Of a stretch of DNA of 47,291 nt, positions 28,311 through 37,899 are shown piece by piece. The stretch's first letter is position 1; every line of letters starts with the position of its first letter. The notes below the pieces were generated by a model. It made no database searches and was not told where the DNA came from. It worked only from the letters and a program-made list of their open reading frames with translations. Both the position numbers and the translations under genes were made by a program. This DNA is from Bacteroidota bacterium. GTDB lineage: Bacteria > Bacteroidota > Bacteroidia > Flavobacteriales_F > PHOS-HE28. The stretch is taken from assembly GCA_018267065.1 (NCBI GenBank), contig JAFDZG010000106.1, positions 1 to 47,291 on the forward strand. Direction: 5' to 3'.

Positions 28311-30011
28311 ATGGCACCGAATGGGATTTTCCATGCGGTTTTCTTGGCGGGGGCCTGCATTGCGGCCCAAGCACAGGATATTGCCCAGGTTGGACAAAGC
28401 CCCGCTGTCCAGTTCAACGGGGTGTTGCAGGCTCGCTTCGGCCTGTACCATGCACAAGGGATCGATCCGCGGCACACACCGGGGTTTTGGTCCATCAGCG
28501 GATCACCCGTGCTCAGCGTGCTGGGCATTCAATTGCCGTTCATGCTGGTGCTCAGCGATCAGCAGCGTTCGTTCCAGCAGCCCTTCAACCAGTTCGGCCT
28601 CAGCCCGCGCTACAAATGGGCGAAGCTGCACCTGGGCTATCGCGACCTCACGTTCTCGAAATTCACGCTCGCCGGCCACAGGGCATTGATGGCGGGCGTG
28701 GAGCTCAACCCCGGCAAATTCCGGTTCGGCTTCATGTACGGGCGCTTCCAGAAGGCCGTGGCCGAGGATACCACCGCCGTGTACGACCCTTCAACGTTCA
28801 TCAGCGATGTGCCCGTACCGGCATACAAGCGCATGGGCTATGCGGTGAAGCTGGGCGTAGGCACCGAGGAACAGCATGTGGACCTGGTGGTGCTGCGTGT
28901 GCAGGATGATGTCCGCTCGATCCCCAACCCGGCCAAGGTGCAACTGGCACCGGCGGAGAACTTGGCCATTGGTCTTACGGGCCGTGTAAAATTGTCCGAG
29001 GTGCTGCGCTGGGAATTCGATGTGGCCGGCAGCTCCTATACCCGTGATGTGCGGGCGGAGCCGTTGGCGAATGAGGACCGGCCTTGGGTCCGGGCCGTGG
29101 ATCCCCTTTTCGCCGTGCGCACCAGCACGCAGGCACTGATGGCCGTGGAAACCGGCCTTGTGCTGAAGCGGAAACGCCTGCGCGGCAAGCTCACCTATCG
29201 CCGGGTGGACCCCGACTACAAGAGCATGGGCACCTATTACTTCCAAACGGATGTGGAACAGGTCACCGGCACGGCCAGTGGCAGCTTGTTCAAGAACCGG
29301 CTAAGCGCCAACGCCACCGTGGGTTGGCAGCACAACAACCTGAAGCGGCTGCGTGCCGCCACCGCCAAGCGCATCATGGCCAACCTGGGGTTGAGCTACG
29401 CGGGCGGAAAGGCGTTCGGTTGCGTGCTCAACTACTCCAACTTCGGCATCGTGCAGGACCCGCTGAGGCCGGTGGCAAACGACACTGCACGGTTCAGGCA
29501 AGTCAGCCAGAACCTGCTGTTGCAGCCGCGCGTGACATATTCCGCAAGCAATGGCAGCCACTTTGCCACGTGCACCATCAACTTCTTTGCCCTCAGCGAC
29601 CGTGGCGCGGAAGCCTTCAGCCGGGCCATGCTCACCGGTCTGCACACGGACCTGGCCTACACGCGGAACTGGAAGCAGGACCAGGCCCGCCTGGGCGGTG
29701 GGGCGATCTTCCGCAACACGGAGAGCGTCGTGGGGCGCACGATCAGCAAAGGCTTCCACGTGGAAGCGGGCCGTTCCTGGCTGAAGGAGGGCCGCTTGGG
29801 CACTGAACTGCGCGGCTCCTTCCTGGCCAATGCACTTCCCGCAAGCGGCAACGGATCCACCTGGCAATTGGACCTGCAAGGGAGCATGCAGGCCACCAAG
29901 CGCATCTCCTTCGTGCTCACGTTGAGCCATCAGGACAACCGCAGCAATGACCCGTCGGTCCCCGCCTTCACCGAAGATACCGGTGTCATCGGCGCGGACA
30001 TCCGCTTCTGA
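28311..30011 (+). CDS. 566-aa outer-membrane beta-barrel protein (hypothetical), first gene of the giant-protein cluster
   Basis: Internal ATG of ORF 28227-30011. Signal peptide MAPNGIFHAVFLAGACIAAQAQ, amphipathic beta-strand pattern throughout, C-terminal ...VIGADIRF (terminal Phe). Confidence 0.7.
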   Translation: MAPNGIFHAVFLAGACIAAQAQDIAQVGQSPAVQFNGVLQARFGLYHAQGIDPRHTPGFWSISGSPVLSVLGIQLPFMLVLSDQQRSFQQPFNQFGLSPRYKWAKLHLGYRDLTFSKFTLAGHRALMAGVELNPGKFRFGFMYGRFQKAVAEDTTAVYDPSTFISDVPVPAYKRMGYAVKLGVGTEEQHVDLVVLRVQDDVRSIPNPAKVQLAPAENLAIGLTGRVKLSEVLRWEFDVAGSSYTRDVRAEPLANEDRPWVRAVDPLFAVRTSTQALMAVETGLVLKRKRLRGKLTYRRVDPDYKSMGTYYFQTDVEQVTGTASGSLFKNRLSANATVGWQHNNLKRLRAATAKRIMANLGLSYAGGKAFGCVLNYSNFGIVQDPLRPVANDTARFRQVSQNLLLQPRVTYSASNGSHFATCTINFFALSDRGAEAFSRAMLTGLHTDLAYTRNWKQDQARLGGGAIFRNTESVVGRTISKGFHVEAGRSWLKEGRLGTELRGSFLANALPASGNGSTWQLDLQGSMQATKRISFVLTLSHQDNRSNDPSVPAFTEDTGVIGADIRF

Positions 30012-30032
30012 CACCATGATAAGCCCCGTGCC

Positions 30033-33000
30033 ATGAGAACCTTGCCCGCCTTGATGACCGCCGCGCTGGTCGCCATGACCGCCGCCGCGCAGGGACAGGT
30101 GGTGGTGACGCCCATCATCACGCCGCCGTACAGCATCCACCTCAGTGACTACCAAGGGGCGCTGATCGTCAACCTGCTCAATACCACCACCGCGCCGCGC
30201 CAGGTGAAGTTGGTGGGCACCATCACCGGCGACAACGGATACAGTGGCCGCACGCGCAGCAGCTACGCCCCGCAGTCGCCCATCGTGCTGGCGGGCTTAG
30301 AGAACAAGGTGATCCAGGCCAATTCCCAGGCCATGGCGTTCCTGGACCCGAACAACTTCCAAGTGAGCGCGCCCCAGCAGGTGGCCGATGCCGTGATGCA
30401 GACGGGGATCCTGCCGGAGGGCAACTATGAGCTGTGCGTGCAAGCCCTGGACTACAACACCAATGCGCCGCTCAGCGATGAGGCCCCGGCGGGCTGCCTG
30501 TTCTTCACCATCGCCATGGCACAACCGCCCGTGATCACTTTCCCGCTATGCGGCGAGGCCGTGGAAACGCAATGGCCGGTATTTACCTGGAGCCCGCCCG
30601 TGGGCAACTTCAACCTGGCCAATGTGCGCTATGACCTGTACATCCTGGAACTGCTTGCGGGACAGAACCCGGGCGATGCGATCACACTGGCCATGGACGG
30701 CGTGATGGGAAACCCCATTGTGCGCACCAACCTGGCCGCACCCACCTACCCTTGGCAACCCTACGACCCGAAATTGAACACCGGCGTGACCTACGTTGCC
30801 GCCGTGGTGGCCAAGGATGCAACCAACAGCATTCCATTCGAGAACAAGGGCCGCAGCGAGGCATGCACGTTCGAAATACAACCGGCACAGCCTCCGCCAC
30901 CGGCCTACACCGCCGGCGTGCAGACCATGCCCGCGAACATGCTGCCCATCGGCCCCATTGGGGATACGCGGATCCGGGGCCGACTGGTGTACCGGTTCAA
31001 GGACAGCGGCAGGCAAAGCTGCACACCGGATGTTCCCAGCGGTTCCTTGTACCTGGGAACACAGCCAGTGAACTTGTCCACAACGGGGGGGTATTTTGGG
31101 AATGGTGCGTTGGCGCCACAAGCCGGGGCTGTTTCTTCGGGATCGGGCGCTGCCTCGTACAACAGTGCGATCGGAGGCATGGTGCCCATCGGGGCCTTTG
31201 ATCAGGCCTCCGGGGCCACGGCCACCCTTGACCTTTCGTCCACTGTGATCGTTGGACCGAACCTGGGCTTTTCAATCTTCCCGGACTACAAGTGGAAAGA
31301 CCGCTTTCCCGTAAGCACATCGGGGGGGCATGCGCTGAAGAACATCCCGATCAGGCTGGTGGAGCGCGTGGTATTGGAAGGCGTGGAAACGCGAGACAAC
31401 CAAGGGAAAGTGAGCACGGCCGATCGCGTGGTGCTCGGCGTGGACCCGATCCCCGGCAGCGGGGGCATCCATCAACCGGAGTACGGCAGTGCCTGGCACT
31501 TCGGCCAGGTGGTCGCCACGGGCCACACCGGTGACAACGGTGAGTTCGAACTCTTCTTCCACCAGCCTTCCTGCACCGGGATCAATGTGCCGGGCAGCTT
31601 CGATAACTTTATGCCAACCGTCAACTACGGCCTGCCTGGCAAGCAATGGATAGGAAGCACCACCGCCACCAACGCCTACAAGGTGATGATGCTGGAGGTG
31701 GCGTCGCCCTACTACTGCAGCCCGGACCTGGAGATCTTCACGCAGCCCGGCGATGATGTGGACCTGCCGGAGCAAGCGTGCTACGTGCGCAGCTACGACC
31801 TGAAGGTGACCGTGGTACAGGGTGCCTGCAACCACCAGATGGGCGGCACCGGGAGCCCGATGGGCAATGTGCAGGTAAGCGTGCTCAGGCCCGCTGACCA
31901 CCATCCAGCGGAAATTCCGGGGATTGAAGGCCAGCACAAGGACGACGGCATGTCCATCCCGGGCATGGGCGAAGTGCCCCTGGTTTCCCAGTGCTACACC
32001 AAGTCTGCGGACGGCAGCGCCTTGTTCAACAACCTGGTGTTCCACAGTTCAGCGGACGGGTATGTGCTGGATTGCAGAACGAGCGATGAGCGCGGGTTGT
32101 ACAGCTATTACCGCCACACGGCGGCATACCCTGCCGGCCAAGGCCCCCTTCCCGTGGCGCCCCCGTCATCCTATGTGCGCAACAGCACGTTCCAGGTGCC
32201 GGAATACGACGTGGCCGTATCCATGGAACCCCGCGGTCCGCGCGTGATCGGCAGGGTGATGGCGGACGTTGCACAGCCCCTGCCGGACGCGATCGTGATG
32301 CTGCACCTGCGCTACGACAAAGCACCCGGGCAAGTGCCCCCGGTGGTCGTCGGTTGTACCAAAAGCACGGAGTCCGCGGACTTCACGGAGATGACGTACA
32401 CCACCAAAACCGGCCCGAACGGCTTCTTCGATTTCTCCGGCATACTGGTGAAGGGATCACAGGACGGCATGTTCTTCCTTGGCCCGCATGCGCGCATCAG
32501 CGTGGTAAAGCCGGGCTTCTGGCCGGCATCGCGGCCCCTGCCCGCAGGCAACGAACCCGGCATTCCGCCGGGGCAGTTCAACAACAGCAACCCGCAGGAA
32601 CCTGCGGTGGACCTGAAGATGGGGCTGCAGTGGGACATGACCAGCGGCATTCTGCTCAAGCCCTACGGCAAGGTGAAGGGCACGATACAGGACGAGGATG
32701 GAAAACCTGTGCGCTGCGATGTGCAGGTGGGCGATGGGCCGTGGGGAAGATCGGAAACTGTGCTGGTGCCCACGGGAAATGCAGGTGGCACGAGTGGCAC
32801 AGGTGGCCAATGGGCACCATCAGGATTGGTGCCCATGCAGATCACCGGTGGCGGCGGGCAGGGATCTCCGGCCTGGATGATGCAATTACCGGCCTATTCC
32901 GCAACAACGGGGGTAAACGCCACTTGGCAACCGGCGAGCGGCACAGGTGGTGTTTTGGCAACCGGTGCCTATCTGACCTACCAAGCCACCGAGCGCTTCG

Positions 33001-36000
33001 AAGTGCCTGCGCCGTCCGGCGTGCAACAGGTGAAATTGCTGCCATTGAGCGATCAGTACTTCCCGTTGAACGTGACGCGGGCAGTGCCCGTCAACAACGG
33101 TCCCGAGGCAAGTGACCTTGGCGTGTTCACGGTGAAGGAAAAGCGGCATCGCCTGCGCGTGGCGCTGAAGTCCTGGAACGGACCCGTGGCCGGTGCAACG
33201 GTTCGGCTGGACGAGCGGCAGCAGACCTCCGACCAGGCCGGCATGGTCTACTTCGAGTTCCTTTCCCCCGAAAGCGAGTTCCGGTTGAAGGTGTACCCGC
33301 CCGGCGACCTGATGCCCGTGAACCAGATCGTGGTGAATCCGGTTACCCCGGAACCGGTGACGCTGGAGGTGCAATTGGAAAAGGGCACCAGCTTGATCGG
33401 ACAGGTGATTTCCGACCCCGGCGGCACTCCTGTTGCGGGGGCCCGGGTTTGGGTGGAAACCGGCGCGGACCAGTATGGTGCACAGTTGAACCAGACCACC
33501 ACGGACGGCCAGGGCAATTTCACGCTCCACGGCGTGGTCATGGGGCCTATGACCGTGCATGCGGCCAAGGCGGACAGCCTGGTCAGTTACATCGGAACGG
33601 CGGTGGACGTGAACTATTTCATGGCACCGGGGCCACCGCCGGACTTCAAGATGATCCCGCATCTGCCCCATGTGGAGCTGGTGCTGCAGCGTGCCAGTGA
33701 CCTGGACCTCACCAAACTGCTGGGCTTCCCGGTGGAAGTGGAGAAGCGCGTGCAGAACAGCGACGGAACTTCCACCATCAGCGGCGCATTCATCAACCTT
33801 CCGGCCAACGCTAACTTCGGGTTGGAAGATCCCGGCCAACGCATCGCCTTCACCAATGTGAAGGTGCAGGCCGGGGCGATAGGACCGTTGGGCTTGTCGC
33901 AGGCGGTGCCCGCAAGCGGTTCCGTGGCAACGGACATGGCACAGGTGCCGCTTAAGCTGTACGGCGGACTGGACGCCACCTTGAAGGGCGTGCCCGTTTC
34001 TTTCTTCCCAGGGCTGGTGCAGGTACAGGGAACCGCCACCGGCGGGGTGGTGCGTGGCACGGTGAGCAGCGAGCTGTCCACCTTCAACTTCTCCTATGAT
34101 TTCACCGGACGGTTCTATCTGGGCGATGGCCCGGATCAACCGCAGCTGGACGTGTTCCGCAGCAACGGGGCGTATCCGCAGCGCACCTTCAACCTGATGA
34201 CGCTCAAGTTAGGCACCATGAGCCTGCAGTGGGAACCTTCCAACGCCGCATTCTCCCTGCGCGGCTTCCCGGCGCGAAGCGACCGCACGCGCTCCTTTGT
34301 GGAACCCGGGATCTTCCGCATTGCCACGGTGGTACAGGTGAAGGACGTGCCCGACATCACGCCAGCGCTCCTGGAGCTGGACGTGGGCGACATCCGCGTG
34401 ACCCCCGAGGCCATTGAAGGCATCATCGGCGGAGGCGATAAGCTCAACTTCAAGTTGAACGACTGGAGCTTCACCGCCAGTGCACCCTGGTCCTTCAACA
34501 ACGACCTGGCGGCGATCGTCATTCCGGAAGGCACCTTGGACATGGGGCTGGCCAAGGCCTCGATGACGCAGATCATGATCCGTCCCAACGGGCTGGAGAT
34601 GAACGCCGGCCAACTGGGTGAAGTGCGCCTCGGCGGCGTGGCACCGTTGCAGCCCGCGACCGGCGTACCCTGGACGTTTGGCTACGATCCGGGCTATGTG
34701 TACCAGGGCAAGGCTGGTGCATGGCGCTTTGGTGCCCTCACAACCGGCGCCGCCGAGGTGGCCACCGTGCAGGGCCCAGCGGAACTGGTGCCAAGCAAGG
34801 TGCAGTTCTCCAGCTTCTCCCTGTTCAGCCGGGGCCAGCCGCTTGCGGAAGTGCGTGCCATGAATTACCGCTACTTCAACATCATGGACATGACGCCGGT
34901 GGGCAGCATGCAGTTCACCCCGGACGGCGTGGACCTGCTGGTGAACTGCTCGCTTGCGATCCATGGGCTGCCACAGACCACGGGCTTCTTCAGCTTCTAC
35001 AAGGACGGCACCAAAACGGCCAGTCGCCTGAAGCCCTTGGGGGCCACCATCACCACCGGCCGCGGCAACGTGTACTTCAAGCTGGACGACCGCATGGCCT
35101 CACAAACGGTGAAGCCGGGGCAGTTCACTTGTTACGGCCAGTTCCGGATCGATCCCGAGGACGGTTCCTCCGGTGAACCGGTCTACGCGTACGGCTTCCT
35201 GGACCATACCGCGGCGAGCACCTACATCGACCTGATCCGCACCGATGCACAGCACTACAAGGGCAGCACGCGGCAAGAGGTCCGGTTCGGTGGATCGCCG
35301 AACAAGAAGATGCTCCTCAACAGCGGGCGCCAGACCATGGGGCCGGACCAATGGAACGATCTTTCCTTCAAGGGCAACCTGGTGAACTTGGCCGGGATCG
35401 ACGACAACCCGGCGAACGAACTCTCCTTTACCGTGAAGGGCGCCGTGGAACTGGGGCAAGGCAAGATCGGCATGTCGCAACTGGCCACGCCCTTCGGCAA
35501 CATGGCCATGAGCTACGATTTTGAACACGCCCGCTTAGTGGGCAGCTTAGGCCTGTCCAACAACAACTTCGGCGCGGTGAACATCGTGAATGCCCAGTTG
35601 GGCCTGCTCGTGGACAAGGACGGGTTCTTGGTGAGCTGTTACGATTCGCATGTGATCGTACCGCCGGTCCCTTGGCCGCTGCAAGACCATCACCCGGCAT
35701 TCATGATCGGCGCACATAACGCCATTCCGGACACGCTGCTTTCCAACCTGATGAGCGGGTACCGCTACAAATCACTGCCCGCCACCATGGCCGGCAAGAA
35801 GCTCAAAGGCTTGTTCCTGCAGGACAAGTTGAGCTTGATCGACTTCTCGGTGCCCAGCCTGAACTTGGGGGTGATGGGCGTGTCGGGCCATGCGAGCTGT
35901 GCGGTGGAGGGCCGCAACTGGGTGGACCTTTCCGGAAGCCTCGGCTTCGGCGGCATGGCCTATGCCGATGTGGGCCTGAGCTTCTGGCTGCTCAGCCCCA

Positions 36001-36218
36001 TTCCCGACTGCTCCAGCCTGGACCTTTCCGCAAGCGCGGAAGTGCTGTTCGAGGCCGCTCTCCAGGGAAGTACCTTCAGCTTGATCGCCTGCGGGTCCAC
36101 CAGTGTTGGCGCGAGCATCTGCGGTGTGAGCGACAGCTTCGGCCTTACGGTGAAGGGCAGCGTGAACTCCCAAGGGAATATCACTTTGGACCGCATCGAT
36201 GGATCATGCGGGCAATGA
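30033..36218 (+). CDS. 2061-aa secreted giant protein (hypothetical) with carboxypeptidase-regulatory-like repeats
   Basis: Uninterrupted 6.2-kb ORF with signal peptide MRTLPALMTAALVAMTAAAQGQ. Ig/CarboxypepD_reg-like segments (GKVKGTIQDEDGKPVRCDVQV; LIGQVISDPGGTPVAGARVWVE...DGQGNFTLHGV). No T9SS tail; the C-terminus is Cys-rich. Confidence 0.85.
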   Translation: MRTLPALMTAALVAMTAAAQGQVVVTPIITPPYSIHLSDYQGALIVNLLNTTTAPRQVKLVGTITGDNGYSGRTRSSYAPQSPIVLAGLENKVIQANSQAMAFLDPNNFQVSAPQQVADAVMQTGILPEGNYELCVQALDYNTNAPLSDEAPAGCLFFTIAMAQPPVITFPLCGEAVETQWPVFTWSPPVGNFNLANVRYDLYILELLAGQNPGDAITLAMDGVMGNPIVRTNLAAPTYPWQPYDPKLNTGVTYVAAVVAKDATNSIPFENKGRSEACTFEIQPAQPPPPAYTAGVQTMPANMLPIGPIGDTRIRGRLVYRFKDSGRQSCTPDVPSGSLYLGTQPVNLSTTGGYFGNGALAPQAGAVSSGSGAASYNSAIGGMVPIGAFDQASGATATLDLSSTVIVGPNLGFSIFPDYKWKDRFPVSTSGGHALKNIPIRLVERVVLEGVETRDNQGKVSTADRVVLGVDPIPGSGGIHQPEYGSAWHFGQVVATGHTGDNGEFELFFHQPSCTGINVPGSFDNFMPTVNYGLPGKQWIGSTTATNAYKVMMLEVASPYYCSPDLEIFTQPGDDVDLPEQACYVRSYDLKVTVVQGACNHQMGGTGSPMGNVQVSVLRPADHHPAEIPGIEGQHKDDGMSIPGMGEVPLVSQCYTKSADGSALFNNLVFHSSADGYVLDCRTSDERGLYSYYRHTAAYPAGQGPLPVAPPSSYVRNSTFQVPEYDVAVSMEPRGPRVIGRVMADVAQPLPDAIVMLHLRYDKAPGQVPPVVVGCTKSTESADFTEMTYTTKTGPNGFFDFSGILVKGSQDGMFFLGPHARISVVKPGFWPASRPLPAGNEPGIPPGQFNNSNPQEPAVDLKMGLQWDMTSGILLKPYGKVKGTIQDEDGKPVRCDVQVGDGPWGRSETVLVPTGNAGGTSGTGGQWAPSGLVPMQITGGGGQGSPAWMMQLPAYSATTGVNATWQPASGTGGVLATGAYLTYQATERFEVPAPSGVQQVKLLPLSDQYFPLNVTRAVPVNNGPEASDLGVFTVKEKRHRLRVALKSWNGPVAGATVRLDERQQTSDQAGMVYFEFLSPESEFRLKVYPPGDLMPVNQIVVNPVTPEPVTLEVQLEKGTSLIGQVISDPGGTPVAGARVWVETGADQYGAQLNQTTTDGQGNFTLHGVVMGPMTVHAAKADSLVSYIGTAVDVNYFMAPGPPPDFKMIPHLPHVELVLQRASDLDLTKLLGFPVEVEKRVQNSDGTSTISGAFINLPANANFGLEDPGQRIAFTNVKVQAGAIGPLGLSQAVPASGSVATDMAQVPLKLYGGLDATLKGVPVSFFPGLVQVQGTATGGVVRGTVSSELSTFNFSYDFTGRFYLGDGPDQPQLDVFRSNGAYPQRTFNLMTLKLGTMSLQWEPSNAAFSLRGFPARSDRTRSFVEPGIFRIATVVQVKDVPDITPALLELDVGDIRVTPEAIEGIIGGGDKLNFKLNDWSFTASAPWSFNNDLAAIVIPEGTLDMGLAKASMTQIMIRPNGLEMNAGQLGEVRLGGVAPLQPATGVPWTFGYDPGYVYQGKAGAWRFGALTTGAAEVATVQGPAELVPSKVQFSSFSLFSRGQPLAEVRAMNYRYFNIMDMTPVGSMQFTPDGVDLLVNCSLAIHGLPQTTGFFSFYKDGTKTASRLKPLGATITTGRGNVYFKLDDRMASQTVKPGQFTCYGQFRIDPEDGSSGEPVYAYGFLDHTAASTYIDLIRTDAQHYKGSTRQEVRFGGSPNKKMLLNSGRQTMGPDQWNDLSFKGNLVNLAGIDDNPANELSFTVKGAVELGQGKIGMSQLATPFGNMAMSYDFEHARLVGSLGLSNNNFGAVNIVNAQLGLLVDKDGFLVSCYDSHVIVPPVPWPLQDHHPAFMIGAHNAIPDTLLSNLMSGYRYKSLPATMAGKKLKGLFLQDKLSLIDFSVPSLNLGVMGVSGHASCAVEGRNWVDLSGSLGFGGMAYADVGLSFWLLSPIPDCSSLDLSASAEVLFEAALQGSTFSLIACGSTSVGASICGVSDSFGLTVKGSVNSQGNITLDRIDGSCGQ

Positions 36219-36227
36219 AAAACGGCC

Positions 36228-37778
36228 ATGACCATGCGCACATTCATCCTTCCTTTCCTGGTGCTTGCCTTGCCCTGCGCAGGCCAGCAGGCCGTCACGA
36301 CCAAGACAGCCCAAACGGCTTGCTTGTTCCAACCCGTGTCACAGGAAACCAACGGCGAGCGCATCCGCGTGGCTTGGGCTGCGCCGAAGTGCGTGCCTGC
36401 CGCAGTCCGCGTGTTCCGCAGGCGGCAGCATGTGGGCACCGAAGCGGAGATCCATCCGGTGATCGTCCAAGGCACGCGCAATGACACCACCACCGTGATC
36501 TGCTGGGACACGCTGTTCACCGAGCTCGGCATCTACGAATACCGCTTGGTACCGGTGGATTCCGCCGGCCGCGAAGGGCCATCTTCCCCCTGGGTCACCG
36601 CGAACAACCTCAATGCCGAGGCCCGGCCTTGGTTCGAGTACATCCGGGCCGGTGATGTGCCCGGCACGCGCGGCATTCAGTTGAGGTGGCGGTTGGGCAA
36701 TGCGGTGCGTACCAGGGGGATCGCCATTTTCCGGTCGGACCGCTTTGAGGGGCCCTATCGGCACAGGGCCGACGTGCCCGCGTCGGACACCACGTTCACG
36801 GACTTGGTCCAGCGTGTAAGGGAGACCTACTTCTACCGGCTGGAAGCGATCGATGTGGTGGGGCATTCCACCATGAGCATGCCGGTGCAGGGGTTGAGCA
36901 ACTACGCGCCGCCGGTGCCGGCACCCGCCTGGGTGCAGGCCGAAGCCGGTCCATCGGGCATCAGCTTGCATTGGCCCATGGGCGGGCCGGATATCCTGCA
37001 GTACAACGTGGAGCGCGGCACGCCCGCCGATACGCAGTTCGTACTGGTCGCATCGGGCATCCGGCCAAGTGCCGGTGCCGGCCCGCAGTGGACGGACAGT
37101 TCCGCGACGGACAACAGCGTATTGCGCTACCGGGTGCGGGCCGTGGGCATTGGCGGTACCATCAGCGGTCCGTCACCGGTGGCGGGCGTACAAGCCGCCG
37201 ATGCCCACATACCGGCCTCGCCAACGGATGTGGTGGTGCGCCGGGCGGACCGTGCGGTGGTCATCAGCTGGCGCGATCCGTGGTCCGGTGATCGCGGCAT
37301 CGCATGGACCCAGGTGGAGCGCGCCGCTGCCGATGGGTCCGATTTCCATCCGGTGAACAAACAACCGTTGGAGCCCGGCATCCTGGCCTATTTCGATTCC
37401 ACGGCCTTGCCGGACCAGCCCTACCGTTACCGGGTGGTGGGCGTTTCCCTTTCGGGCACGCGGGGCGTGCCTTCGCAGCCTGTAACGCTGGATGCCGGGC
37501 CCATGGGGGCCGATGCACCGCGCCTGCTGAACGCCACCCGCACCAAGGATGGGATCGGCCTTTCCTGGGACGGGCGGGAAAGGCACGGCCGCGGATTCAA
37601 GCTCTACCGGTCCGTGGGCGGGGCCAAACCCGAGTTGTTGAAGACGTTGCCCATCCAAACAAAAGAATACGTGGACACTGCACCGGTGCACGGGGCCTTG
37701 AACATGTACCTGCTGCGCATGGTGCTGCCGGACGGTACCGAAAGCAAGCCGAGCGAGCCAGCGGGCATGCGCTGGTAG
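36228..37778 (+). CDS. Secreted protein with five fibronectin-III-like repeats
   Basis: 516 aa with signal peptide MTMRTFILPFLVLALPCAGQQ. Five repeats each end in a Y.YR..AV...G..S.PS-like signature (YEYRLVPVDSAGREGPSSP, YFYRLEAIDVVGHS, LRYRVRAVGIGGTISGPSP, YRYRVVGVSLSGTRGVPSQP, MYLLRMVLPDGTESKPSEP). Confidence 0.8.
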   Translation: MTMRTFILPFLVLALPCAGQQAVTTKTAQTACLFQPVSQETNGERIRVAWAAPKCVPAAVRVFRRRQHVGTEAEIHPVIVQGTRNDTTTVICWDTLFTELGIYEYRLVPVDSAGREGPSSPWVTANNLNAEARPWFEYIRAGDVPGTRGIQLRWRLGNAVRTRGIAIFRSDRFEGPYRHRADVPASDTTFTDLVQRVRETYFYRLEAIDVVGHSTMSMPVQGLSNYAPPVPAPAWVQAEAGPSGISLHWPMGGPDILQYNVERGTPADTQFVLVASGIRPSAGAGPQWTDSSATDNSVLRYRVRAVGIGGTISGPSPVAGVQAADAHIPASPTDVVVRRADRAVVISWRDPWSGDRGIAWTQVERAAADGSDFHPVNKQPLEPGILAYFDSTALPDQPYRYRVVGVSLSGTRGVPSQPVTLDAGPMGADAPRLLNATRTKDGIGLSWDGRERHGRGFKLYRSVGGAKPELLKTLPIQTKEYVDTAPVHGALNMYLLRMVLPDGTESKPSEPAGMRW

Positions 37779-37818
37779 CAGGCGGCATAGGCCTGCTGCA
37801 TGTGGCTGGAACAAATAC

Positions 37819-37848
37819 AAAGGGCCGCCACTTGCGTGGCGGCCCTTT
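37819..37848. terminator. Bidirectional stem-loop terminator (12-bp stem aaagggccgcca/tggcggcccttt, 6-nt loop)
   Basis: Perfect inverted repeat between the convergent genes ending at 37778 (+) and 37900 (-). A/T runs flank both sides. Confidence 0.7.
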
Positions 37849-37899
37849 CCCGGGTGAAGCAAACTATAACCCCTCGTTGCAGCCCCGGCTTGCCGTTGA

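Noticed and set aside
30297-36173. Many ORFs of 60-417 aa in other frames inside the giant gene (e.g. 32886-34139 minus, 32354-33115 plus)
   Set aside because: They are all nested within a single uninterrupted 6.2-kb sense ORF that has a signal peptide and domain-like repeats. The alternatives are Arg/Gly/His-rich shadows.
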